From positions 6,140,001-6,204,000 of the forward strand of contig NC_087250.1 of the NCBI RefSeq assembly GCF_037042905.1: a stretch of 64,000 bases of DNA, in the 5' to 3' direction. The notes under the pieces are model-generated. The model saw only the letters and a list, made by a program, of their open reading frames with translations. It searched no databases and was not told where the DNA came from. How positions within the stretch are numbered: position 1 is the stretch's first letter; each line of letters begins with the position of its first letter. The DNA comes from Lytechinus pictus. Taxonomy: Eukaryota. The position numbers and the translations under genes are program-made. Positions 1 through 12,754 of this stretch are shown in pieces.

Positions 1-2348
1 TCAATAAGTGGGAAATAATGCTATTAGAAGTTGTTAATAAACATATGCCCTTAAAATCTAAGCGCATTCGTAAAAAATCTTCTCCTTGGATGAATAATGA
101 GATATTGTCTTTGATGAAAGAAAGAGATAAAGCTAAAAGAAAGGCCAAAACTAAAAACGATAATGATTTATGGAAATTATATCAAACTCTGAAAAATAAG
201 GTCACTTTTGTCATCCGGAAATCTACACGTAAATATTATTGTGACAAATTATCAAATGTAACAAATAGAAATGACTCTTGGAAAATACTAAAATCCGTTA
301 TGGGGAAAAACAACAACTCGTCTAATAGCACTTTTCCCAAAGTAATGTCAGATGAAGTGGCTAATGGTTTTAACAATAACTTTGCTAATGTGGCGTTGGA
401 AATTGCTGATGATTCTACAAATGTACACCATGATCATGTAGCGTCCACTCTGCATGAAAACTTTAAATTTTTGCCTGTCTCTGAAAACGATGTCTTGAAA
501 GAGGTTCATAATTTGAAGAATACAAAGTCTGTTGGTCTAGATGGTATTTCAGTATATATAATCAAAGAATCAATTCCAGTTTTAATCGAACCTATTACTT
601 TCTTGATAAATAAATCTTTATGTGATGGTGTTGTACCTAAGAAATGGAAAGTAGCCAAAATTGTCCCTATTCACAAGAAAGGTGATAAGTTTGAATTTAA
701 CAACTATAGACCGATATCGATTCTACCCTGTGTGTCTAAATTAATGGAAAAAATTGTGCAAAAGCAATTGCTTCGTTATATTCAAACTCATTCTTTACTT
801 TCTGCTTTTCAATCTGGATTCCGTCCGAAACACTCTACCATTACTGCTCTTGCTAAGGTAACGAATGACTGGTTTCATTCTATGGACAATGGGCAGTATA
901 CAGGGGCTATTTTTATTGACCTTCAAAAGGCTTTCGACCTGGTCGATCATGCAATTCTCCTATCCAAACTTAAACATATTGGTATATCTGGTGATGAATT
1001 GCATTGGTTCAAAAGTTATTTGACTAATAGAAGAATACGTACATCCATTAATGGAATTTTATCTGAAGAAAGGGTCATTTTTAAGGGAGTACCCCAGGGA
1101 TCTCTCCTTGGACCCTTACTGTTCATTTTATTTATTGATGATATAATTTCTGTATCTAAAGAGTGCACCGTACACCTTTATGCTGACGACACAGTAATAT
1201 ATTTCTCACATAAAGATATTAGAGTTATCGAACTCGTCCTTAATAAGGAGCTGGAAAGTCTATCTATCTGGATGAACAGGAATAATTTGAAAATAAACTA
1301 TGATAAAACTGTAAGCATGTTGATTTGAACACCTAAAATGCTTAAAAGGTCACAACATTTACAACTAAAAATTGACTGTCATTTACTGACTCAAGTGAAT
1401 AGCTTTACGTATCTAGGTGTCTTTGTGGATGAAAACATGAAGTGGGACTATCACGTAAATTATTTATGTAAAAAACTGGGGAGAATGATTGGTTATATTG
1501 CACGGCTAAAGCATTTTGTAAATTTGTCAGAATTAAAGTTAATATATAACTCAATAATTTTACCTCATTTTGATTATGGTGACATTATCTATCAATCTGG
1601 AAACAAATCTCTACTTGACCAACTTCAAAAAATTCAAAATAGAGCTGGAAGAATAATCTTGAAAATTGACCCCTATTCACACACTTCAACCTCTCAAATT
1701 CATTCTATTCTTGGTTGGGACACTATTCAAAAGAGACAGTATACTCACTTGATATTATTCATGTATAAGATTTGTAACAACATGTCCACTGAATATATGA
1801 AAAATTTGTTTCATACAAAAGTTACTCCTTACCCTCTTAGAAATGAAAATAATATATGTTTACCCAGACCTAGAACCAATAGTTGTAAAAGATCTTTCTC
1901 TTACCGAGCTGCATCTGAATTCAACAGAATCCCTTTGTGCGTGCGTAATGTCACCACTTTCAATTCTTTTAAAAATACATTTTTGAAATATATCTGTGCT
2001 AAATGAAATTAAACCACTGATTTGTACCGGGGGGAAGGGGGGGGGGGGTAGGTTTAGTTTATATGATTTTTCTTTGTTTTTAATGATTTCACTTATATGT
2101 CTGATGGTCAACTTTCTTTATTTTATGGTAATCATAGCATTTTTGTAAGTAAACTGGCTCCATGGAAGACCAGCAGCAATGCATTATTGCAGCTGAATAT
2201 GGACTACCAGCCGTATAATTTACTTTATTTTTTTTACCTTTTATTATTGTATCTTAATATTGACCTCATCATCTCATGTTATATGTATTTGTATGTACTT
2301 TGTATCGGTTATTTTATATACGGAAATAAAACCAACAAACAAACAAAC
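1..2348 (+). mobile_element. CR1/L2-clade LINE, 3' part (RT ORF2 fragment, 3' UTR, (CAAA)n tail), cut by the window edge
   Basis: ORFs 18-1328 and 1338-2006 share a frame and are separated by one TGA (1326-1328). RT motifs: NYRPISIL, QSGFR, FIDLQKAFD, GVPQGSLLGP, YADD. C-terminal RSFSYRAASEFN. AATAAA at 2325 is followed by CAAA repeats. Confidence 0.92.
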
Positions 2349-2660
2349 ATATTTTTTAAAACATTCTTTTCCAAAAAAAATATGTGTGGACCTAACCCCT
2401 TTTGCAACCAAACTGAAATGGACCTATCCCCTTTTGAAAAAAAGTGATTTCTCTTTGCCATTTTAGATCATTTTTTAATGAGAATTTCAACTTTTGTTTG
2501 GTATCATCTTATAGAGCTACTAAAAATCTATACATTGAGACAAAAACAAATCAAATTTGATGTAAAATGGACCTAACCCCTTTTGCAAGTGAGCTCTTCA
2601 TTTATTTATCTAAGGAACAAGCTATGCTTTTCATACGGTTTCCATTTCATTTTATGATCT

Positions 2661-2798
2661 GGGTCCGGTTAACACAAGGGTTAGAGGTTGATCATATGCT
2701 TGATTTTCAAGACTGATTTAACATTGTTGTCAATGCAATCAATCGTAGAAAAGGAAATGTTATACGATCATTGCTATTAAAGCTTTGTGTTACGGGCC
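2661..2798. mobile_element. Short MITE (PIF/Harbinger-like termini); related copies at 41643-41772 and ~47530-47660
   Basis: Imperfect inverted ends ggg.ccg.taacacaa ... ttgtgttacgggcc. The internal sequence recurs inverted at 41643-41772. Confidence 0.6.
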
Positions 2799-4865
2799 TC
2801 TTGTATTATAATTCGTTCTACTTTGCAAATTAGTTGAAAATAAGAAATGAAATAAACATGTTATATTACAATGAAGTCTATTGGTGGTATTGTGATAGCT
2901 TAACCGCATGATCAATTTAGATTAAACCTTTTCACTTGATATTTTTGTCTTCGACTCGTTCATTTAATCTTTTATTTCACCTTTTTTGTCTCGTCGCAAA
3001 TGCTGATTTTCGTGTTTGGTAAAACTTGAAGCCGTAATTTAGAAACTGACTATGCCCGATTAAAGTTGATGAAAATACCATATTTTCGTTGTTTCTTTTT
3101 CCTGGAACAAAACTATCTTGAATATGTTTAAAGACCTTCAAGGCAAGTGGGCTGAACAATATATATTTTTTTTATTATACTCGTAAAGAAATTTTCAGAA
3201 AATAAATATTCTTCTGCTGAGATTCCTTTTTCGTTTTACCACCTGACCCCGCTTTGTGATCATTAACTCTTAACTGGGGAAATTGTTATGAGCTTTATCA
3301 AGTTCATAATCGTTGAATCGGTATTGACATAAGAACAAATACATGTTTACCCAACTCTGTAAAGCACATCACACATATCTGTTGCATTGCCAATAGGAGA
3401 ATCTCCATAGCATAGTGATCGCGATATTCAAATGCTAATAACTTTCTCATTATTTGTCCGATTTTTCTCAAATTTTCTTTGATCTTATTCTATGATTTTT
3501 CTCTTTCCACGCAAGCCCACTTGTTCCAAGGGTTTCATTCCCCTTTAATGACGGTTTCCAGTGACTCATGAAAATTATATACATGTCACCAATCACATAA
3601 TGCGGGAGCGAAGTGCAAGCAGTATACTTTAAGCACACAATGCAAAATTAACATAATGGGTATATCTAAACAAAGAATATTGATGCCAGGGTGAAGCTCG
3701 AAAAAAAAATCATTTTCCGACTTGAAAACTGGATATATAATTTTAGTAATTATCAAAAGGGATATGTATCTGACTAAATAACGTTTGATTTTCTGACTTT
3801 TAAACTGCAATTTTTGTAACTATGGGCAGAATATATTTCACTAATAATATTGATGCGATTGCAAAATAGAAACTGAAAATTTTGATTTATCGACTTTTTA
3901 AGCTGGAATATTCAGCACCTTTTGACCATGTGCAGAATAGTAGAATGGATATATAACTAAACAACTGATGTGGAGCACTGTGGCACGAGCTAAAAAAAAT
4001 AAAATCGATTTTCCGACCAGAAAAGTTAATTTTCTTTGATCTAGGCCTACTTTTTGTAACCATGAAGAGAATGCATCGTATCTGACCAAACGATTGAAAT
4101 GAATCTTGAAATGATTTTATTTTTAAAAATCTATTTGACCTGAAAAGCGAATATTCTGATCACTTTTGAACAGTTTGATACCTAATTTGTGCGAAAGCGA
4201 AGCGCGTTCTTAAATATTTTGATTTTCAGACTTTTAAATTGAATAATTTTCAACACTCTTTGTAACCATGGAAATAATTCTTATCTCGCTAAACAACTGA
4301 TGCAAGCGCGAAGCAGGAGCTGAAAGTTCATGATTTTCTGACTTTTAAACCTGAAAGTTTTATCACTTTCTGTGACTATGAACATAATAGGTTTCTCATC
4401 GACTCACGCGAGCGCAAAGTAGGAAAAAAAAAAAAAAAAAAAAAAGATTTTTCTATTTTTCAACTGGAATAATTTAGCACTTTTTAACCATGTACAGAAT
4501 AGTAGAATAGGTATCTAACTGAACAACTGATGCGAAGTACGAGCAGAAACTTTGGATTTTCCCATTAGAAAAGTTGATGTTCTATAAGGAGGCCTACTTA
4601 ATTTTGTAACCATGAAGACAATATGTATCTGATCAAACGATTGAAATGAAGCGTGAAATGATTTTTTTATTTATTTTACGACCTGATATTCTGAGCAGTT
4701 TTGACAGGATTGATACCCAATTTACAACTTGCCAATATCGGGACTAATAGGGGCACTTAATCAGTGTTTTCTTTTTCAGCAAATAACTGTGACTAAAACT
4801 ATTAAACGTCTAATCATTCTTCCGAGCGTTTCTACGTCAATACAAACTAAATATATAGCGCTTAA

Positions 4866-5451
4866 AGGGAAATGAAACCTTTGGTATAAGTAGACTTGTG
4901 TCGAAACAGAAAAATCTAAGAAACAGATCAACGAAACTTTGAGAAAAATTGGACAAAGAATGAGAAAGTTATGAGCATTTGAGTATTGTAATCACTATTG
5001 CTATGGAGATCCTCCTATCGGCAATGCGACAAGGATGTGTGATGTCACATGTGACCAACTTTCCCTTTGAATGACTATAGATTACCCCCAAAATGTCTCT
5101 TTTTGCTTTTTCTTATGGTGATACAAACTCTTTATCCATGATGTATTCTTTAAAAAATCTCTATTACATTTCCTCCTACAGAAAAAACACATGATCTAGT
5201 ACTGGTAGATGTGATAAAAGAAGTAATTTAAATGAAATATATACTAAAGTAATGGGGAGAGTTTTTCACAAGTGACATCACACATCTTTGTCGCATTGCC
5301 AATGTGAGGATCTCCTTAGCATTAGTGATCACATTATTTAAATGCTCATAACCTCTCCTTATTTGTCCGATTTTTCTCAAACTTTCTTTGATCTGTTTCT
5401 TTGATTTTTTTTTTTCACACAAGCTATCTTGTTCCAAAGATTTATTCTCCT
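4866..5451. mobile_element. Palindromic MITE, Kolobok-like; partial copy at ~3370-3547
   Basis: TTAA|agggaaatgaaacctttgg at the left end and ccaaagatttattctcct at the right end. Long internal inverted arms (gatgtgtgatgtcac / gtgacatcacacatc). Confidence 0.6.
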
Positions 5452-6488
5452 TTTAGCTCTTTGCGAAACGGATTCAAGACGATTTTCTTTTTGCGGGAAA
5501 GGTATGATTGTCTTGTTACTGGTTTCTAAAGAAACTGGCCAAATATCCGTTTTGCTAAACCTTGATTAAGATTGGCCACTGGGCCATGTTACCATAATTA
5601 TTTCTTTAATGGCAAAGTTGTCTTAATCATATTTTTTTTATTATGAAAAAGGTTTAAGATCTATTAACCAACATTTGTAGGATCAACTGAAAATAAATTA
5701 ATCAGAAGCAGTCGAAGATAAACCCTTGGGCTTACTTGATGCCCCAGTTACACCAACAAAAAAAGACGCGAAACATAAGAAAGCTCTTAAAAAAAGGTTT
5801 AAGAATACTTTGGTCGATTTGAGGGTCCGCAAATAGTGTGACTACAGCATAAATCAATAAATCAAAGTATGAAGTTTATCGCTTATCTTGAAAGTCTGAG
5901 AGTCAACGCGTTGATAAGACATTCGCTAGACAAATACTTATGTCGAAAATAACCGTCTAAATCAGTTCTTAACTGTTAAGAACATGATCTTGTCGACAAA
6001 CTTTACGTATAGGTCTATTGTGTTATCTTCATTGCCTTCATTGCCGACTTACCATAGCTCATCACATGTTGTGCTTCTCATTCACATACATGTAGGCCTA
6101 TTTTCGTCGTAGTAACAAGTAACAACAGATTCAAGAACTTCATTCTGATCAACCTGAACATAGGTGTCTTTGGGAAAACTAAAATACTTCTGCCCCGAAA
6201 CTAAATCTCATGAAGACCTGCGGATACCTTGCTGTGTTGTAGAGTATGAGGCAAAGTCGATTCGACGCGTGATACCATACTATGGCCGGTAGGCCTATAA
6301 CTCAGCAGAATCAAGGTATTTAGAGTGCAGTATTATTGCAAGGTGATCACCAAGAAGCTGAAAGTCCGTTAAAGCAAGGATCAAACATCAATCAACCCGC
6401 CGCTGATGAAAACCCATTTCGACTACCAAGAAAATTTCTTTGAAGTTCAAATAAGACCTAACTTCGACTTGTATGATCTGTAGCACTA

Positions 6489-6789
6489 CACTGTTAGAAA
6501 ATTTATCCATAAAATAAAAGTTCATGCGGCACAGTCTTGAGAACACCTGTAATCTTACCAGATTGCGTAATCTTACATTATACCACGTACTATTACAGGA
6601 AATTGGTATTTGGTGTATGGAATCTTACAAATTTTCTTAAATGAAACACCCTTTTCCCTTTTTTAACCGGACCTGTTCTGTTAAATTGCAGAAAAAATTC
6701 CTGTGTTATGAATTTACAGAATGATTCTGTTATTGTTTTCTGCTAAATCTTCTTTTTCTATTCTATAAAATCAGGTTCTTTTAACAGTG
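6489..6789. mobile_element. MITE with CACTG...CAGTG termini flanked by TA, ~430 bp upstream of the ankyrin ATG
   Basis: ta|cactgttagaaaa ... ttctttaacagtg|ta. Confidence 0.7.
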
Positions 6790-7219
6790 TAGGTAAAGTC
6801 TGATGCATGGTCCCATACGACGTGTATGCAGGTGTGTATTAACCGAATTACGGTCTTCAGAGAGCACTATTAAGTTACGAGGTGATCTCCAAGCAGTTGG
6901 CAGTCTACAACAGAGCTCAAGCGTAAAACCGATCAGACAACTGTTTCTGTTAGATTACTAGCTGGAGTCCGATATATGCTGCCATCCATTGGCCTGTATT
7001 GATCAACAAAATCAAGACCTTGCAATGCATTTTATTGAGATGATCAACAATCAATTGTAACTTGACTACAACAAATAACACTCAAATATAAAATCAATCT
7101 GACCAGAATAGAAACACATTTCTGCAACCGAAATAAGTGAAATGACGTTTACATTAGACCCAAAGACATCGGGCTGTGTTCTAGGGCGCTTGATGAAATA
7201 TAGTGAGTGACGTCATACA

Positions 7220-10200
7220 ATGGACAGTATGGATCGTCAGAATCAAGATCTTCAGAGTGCAGTATCGCGAGATGATCTTCAAGCGGTTAAAGGTCTATTA
7301 CAACAAGGTACTGGGGTAAACCATCCAGATAAAAATGGAAACACTCCATTACACATGGCTGCACAACGTGGCAACAATGATATCGTGGAGTTTCTCATTA
7401 AACATGGTGGTGATGTAGAGAAGGAGAATGAAGATGGACAAATACCCTTACATCTTGCTGCATCATATGGAAACCTTGAAGCAACAAAGGCGATACTCAG
7501 GCGCGGTGGAAATGTGTACAAAGAGGACAACATAGGCAACAGTGCATTACTTAACGGCGTAAATAATGGTCACAAGGATGTAGTCCGATACTTTCTCAGT
7601 CAAGGCACCAGTGTGAACATGGTCAATAGTAAAGGAATGACACCCTTGTACATCGCTGCCGGTTGGGACAAGTTTGACATGTTGAAATACTTGATCAGTG
7701 AAGGAGCCGATGTACATTGTACACAGGAAAACAATTTATTGCCAATGTCAAACGCTGCATCACTTGGTCATGTAGAGGTAGTTAAGTATCTTGTAAGTCA
7801 AGGAGCTGAAGTGAATAGGGTTGATAATAATGGTCACAGTGCATTGCGTGGTTCTGCTTTCAGTGGTCATATTGAGGTTACCAAATATCTGATTAGTCAG
7901 GGAGCTGAGGTGAATAAGGGAGATAATGAGGGCTTGACACCTTTACATCTTGCTGCTCATGGAGGTCATATGGAAACATGTGAATATCTGATCAGTCAAG
8001 GAGGTGAGGTGAATAGAGGGAAAAATAATGGTTCGACTCCATTACACAGTGCTGCTCAGGAAGGTCATCTTGAAATCACCAGATATTTGATCAGTCAAGG
8101 AGCTGAGGTGCATAAAGGGAAAAATAATGGTTCGACTCCATTACACAGTGCTGCTCAGGAAGGTCATCTTGAAATCACCAGATATTTGATCAGTAAAGGA
8201 GCTGAGGTGAATAGGGTTAATGATAACGGTCGCAGTGCATTGCGTGAATCTGCTTTCGATGGTCATATTGATGTTACCAAATATCTGATTAGTCAAGGAG
8301 CTGAGGTGAACAAGGGAGATAATGAGGGCTGGACTCCATTACACGTTGCTGCTCACGGAGGTCATCTGGATACGTGTGAATATCTGATCAGTCAAGGAGC
8401 TGAGGTGAATAAAGGGAAAAATAATGGTTCGACTCCATTACACAGTGCTGCTCAGGAAGGTCATCTTGAAATCACCAGATATCTGATCAGTCAAGGAGCT
8501 GAGGTGAATAAAGGGAAAAATAATGGTTCGACTCCATTACACAGTGCTGCTCAGGAAGGTCATCTTGAAATCGCCAGATATTTGATCAGTAAAGGAGCTG
8601 AGGTGAATAAGGTTAATGATAACGGTCGCAGTGCATTGCGTGAATCTGCTTTCGATGGTCATATTGATGTTACCAAATATCTGATTAGTCAAGGAGCTGA
8701 GGTGAATAAGGGAGATACAGAGGGCTGGACTTCATTACACGTTGCTGCTCACGGAGGTCATCTGGATACATGTGAATATCTGATCAGTCAAGGAGGTGAG
8801 GTGAATAAAGGGAAAAATAATGGTTCGACTCCATTACACAGTGCTGCTCAGGAAGGTCATCTTGAAATCACCAGATATCTGATCAGTCAAGGAGCTGAGG
8901 TGAATAAAGGGAAAAATAATGGTTCGACTCCATTACACAGTGCTGCTCAGGAAGGTCATCTTGAGATCACCAGATATTTGATCAGTAAAGGAGCTGAGGT
9001 GAATAGGGTTAATGATAACGGTCGCAGTGCATTGCGTGAATCTGCTTTCGGTGGTCATATTGATGTTACCAAATATCTGATTAGTCAGGGAGCTCAGGTG
9101 AATAAGGGAGATAATGAGGGCTGGACTCCTTTACACGTTGCTGCTCAAGAAAGTCATCTGGATACATGTGAATATCTGATCAGTCAAGGAGCTGAGGTGA
9201 ATAAAGGGAAAAATAATGGTTCGACTCCATTACACAGTGCTGCTCAGGAAGGTCATCTTGAAATCACCAGATATTTGATCAGTCAAGGAGCTGAGGTGAA
9301 TAAAGGGGAAAAATATGGTTCGACTCCTTTACACGTTGCTGCTAAGAATGGTCATCTTTATACATGTGAATATCTGATCAGTCAAGGAGCTGAAGTGAAT
9401 AAAGAAAATAATGTTGGTTGTACTGCATTACACAGTGCTGCTATTAGTGGTCATCTTGAAGTCTCAGAATATCTGATCAGTGAAGGAGCTGAAGTCAATA
9501 AAGGAGATAGCTATGGTTTGAACCCTTTGCACTATGCTGCTCAGGAGGGTCATCTTGGTACCTGCGATTATCTACTCAGTCGAGGAGCTGAGGTGAAAAA
9601 CGGAGAAAGTGATCGCTGGAATCTAATTAGTGCTGCTTCCAACGGTCATGCATTCATTGTCAAGTATCTTCTAAGTCAAGGAGCTGATGTGAATAGGGTT
9701 GATAATAACGGTCGCATTGCATTGCGTGAATCTGCTTTCGATGGTCATATTGATGTTACCAAATATCTGATTAGTCAAGGAGCGAAGGTGAATAAGGGAG
9801 ATAATGAGGGCTGGACTCTTTTGCATCTTGCTGCTCAAGAAGGTCACCTGGATACATGTGAATATCTGATTAGTCAAGGAGCTGGTGCGAATGAGGGAAA
9901 TAATGATGGCTGGACACCTTTACACAGTGCTGCTCTGAATGGTCATCTTAATGTGACCAAATATTTGATCAGTCAAGGAGCTGGTGTGAATAAAGGAAAC
10001 AATAATGGTAGGACTGCATTACACAGTGCTGCTCGAAATGGTCATCTGGATACATGTGAATATCTGATTAGTCAAGGAGCTGAAGTGAATAAAGGAATGA
10101 ATGATGGTGGGACTGCATTACACTGTGCTGCTCAGAATGGTCATATTAATGTGACCAAATATCTGATTAGTCAAGGAGCCGAGGTGAATAGGGTTGATGA

Positions 10201-12754
10201 TAACGGTCGCAGCGCATTGCGTGGTTCTGCTTTCACTGGTCATATTGAAGTCACCCAATATCTGATTAATCAAAGAGCTGAAGTCAATAAGGGCGATAAT
10301 GAGGGCTGGACTCCTTTACATATTGCTGCTCAAGAAGGTCATCTGGTTACATGTGAATATATGATCAATCAAGGAGCTGATGTCAATAAAGCAGATAATA
10401 ATGGTTTCACTCCATTGCACAATGCTGCACTTAAAGGTCATCTTGAAGTCATCAGATATCTGATTAGTCAAGAAGCTGAGGTGAATAAGGGAGATAATGA
10501 GGGTCTGACTCCAGTACACGTTGCTGCTAAAGAAGGTCATCTGGATACATGTGAATATCTGATTAGTCATGGAGCTGATGTGAATAAAGGAAACAATAAT
10601 GGTAGGACTGCATTAAACGTTGCTGCTAAAGAAGGTCATCTGGATACATGTGAATATCTGATTAGTCAAGGAGCTGAAGTGAAGAAAGGAATGAATGATG
10701 GTGAGACTGCATTACACTGTGCTGCTAAGAATGGTCATCTAAATGTGACCAAATATCTAATTAGTCAAGGAGCTGAAGTGAATAAGGGAGTTACTGAGGG
10801 CTGGACTCCTTTGCATATAGCTGCTCAAGAAGGTCACCTGGATACATGTGAATATCTGATTAGTCAAGGAGCTGGTGCAAATGAGGGAGATAATGATGGC
10901 TGGACACCTTTACATTGTGCTGCTCTGAATGGTCATCTTAATGTGACCAAATATTTGATCAGTCAAGGAGCTGATGTGAATAAAGGAACGAATGATGATT
11001 GTACTGCATTACACAGTGCTGCACAAAATGGTCATCTGGATACATGTGAATATCTGATTAGTCAAGGAGCTGAAGTGAATAAGGGAGCTACTGAGGGCTG
11101 GACTCCTTTGCATCGTGCTGCACTTAATGGTCATCTGGATACATGTGAATATATGATTAGTCAAGGAGCTGAAGTGAACAAGGGAGCTACTGAGGGCTGG
11201 ACTCCTTTGCACATTGCTGCTCAAGAAGGTCACCTGGTTACATGTGAATATCTGATTAGTCAAGGAGCTGAAGTGAATAAGGGAGCTACTGAGGGCTGGA
11301 CTCCTTTGCATATTGCTGCTCAAGAAGGCCACCTGGATACATGTGAATATTTGATTAGTCAAGGAGCTGGTGCGAATGAGGGAAATAATGATGGCTGGAC
11401 ACCTGTAAATAGAGCTGCTCTGAATGGTGATCTTAATGTGACCAAATATTTGATCAGTCAAGGAGCTGATGTGAATAAAGGAACGAATGATGATTGTACT
11501 GCATTACACAGTGCTGCACAGAATGGTCATCTGGATACATGTGAATATCTGATTAGTCAAGGAGCTGAAGTGAATAAGGGAGCTACTGAGGGCTGGACTC
11601 CTTTGAATATTGCTGCTCAAGAAGGTCATCTGGATACATGTGAATATCTGATTAGTCAAGGAGCTGATGCGAATGAGGGAGATAATGATGGCTGGACACC
11701 TTTACATAGTGCTGCTGAGAATGGTCATCTGGATACATGTGAATATCTGATTAGTCAAGGAGCTGATGCGAATGAGGGAGATAATGATGGCTGGACACCT
11801 TTACATAGTGCTGCTGAGAATGGTGATCTTAATGTGACCAAATATTTGATCAGTCAAGGAGCTGATGTCAATGAAGAATATTTGAAGGGTTGTACTCCTT
11901 TACACTATGCTGCTAAAGGGGCTCATCTTGACACCTGCAATTATCTTCTCAGCCATGGAGCTGAAGTGAAAAACGAAGACAGTGACGGTTGGACTCTATA
12001 TAGTGCTTCTTCCTGTGGTCATACATTCATAGCCAAATATCTGATCAGTCAAGGTGCTGAGGTTAATAAGGGATATAGTGACGGATGCACTCCATTACAT
12101 GTTGCTGCTCAAGAAGGTCATCTTGACATGTGCGATTATCTGATCAGTGAAGGAGCTGAGGTTGGCAAGGGAGATGGCGATGGTTGGACCCTCTGTAGTG
12201 CTGCTCTAAACGGTCACCAATTCATCACCAAATATTTGATCAATCAAGGAGCTAAGGTGAATGATAGATATAGCAATGGTCGAACTGCTTTACACATTGC
12301 TGCTCAGAATGACCATCTTGAAGTCACCAAGTGTCTCATAAGTTATGAGGCAGATGTCAATACGACCGATAATCAGGCATGGATCCCCTTGCACGTTGCT
12401 GTTGAAGGCGGTCACTTTGATATATGCGAGCATCTGATTGGCCAAGGAGCTGAAGTTAATTATGCTGATAACAAGGGCTGCACAGCTTTACACCTCGCTG
12501 TTGAAAGTGGCAATCTCGATATCACCAAGCATTTGCTTTGTCAAGGAGCTATGGTTAACAAAGATAATAACCAGGGTGATACACCATTACACATTGCCGT
12601 TAAACAAGGTTTCTTCGAGTTTGTTCAAGTTCTACTTTCAGGAGGAGCGTGTTGCTTTTCTGATGACAAGGATGACCAGACGCCATTACATCACGCATTG
12701 ACTCTTGGGTTCAAAGATATCACCGATCTACTCATTGCTGATTGGAATACAAAG
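7220..12754 (+). CDS. Exon 1: 1845 codons, ~55 tandem ankyrin repeats
   Basis: 33-aa periodicity G-x-T-P-L-H-x-A-A-x-x-G-H-L-x-x-x-x-Y-L-I-S-Q-G-A-E-V-N. Donor AAG|GTATTA at 12754/12755, phase 0. Confidence 0.97.

Noticed and set aside
1326..1328. Single in-frame TGA in the L2/CR1 RT ORF as programmed readthrough or selenocysteine, perhaps linked to the TCA tRNA-like unit
   Set aside because: It falls where these ORFs usually have Gly (MLIGT), so a GGA>TGA point mutation is the simpler explanation. No SECIS was identified.
7208..7215. Perfect CRE palindrome TGACGTCA just before the ATG
   Set aside because: A single 8-mer with an unknown transcription start; it cannot be distinguished from chance.
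7279..12701. Antisense and alternate-frame ORFs inside the ankyrin exon
   Set aside because: Shadows of the repetitive coding sequence.
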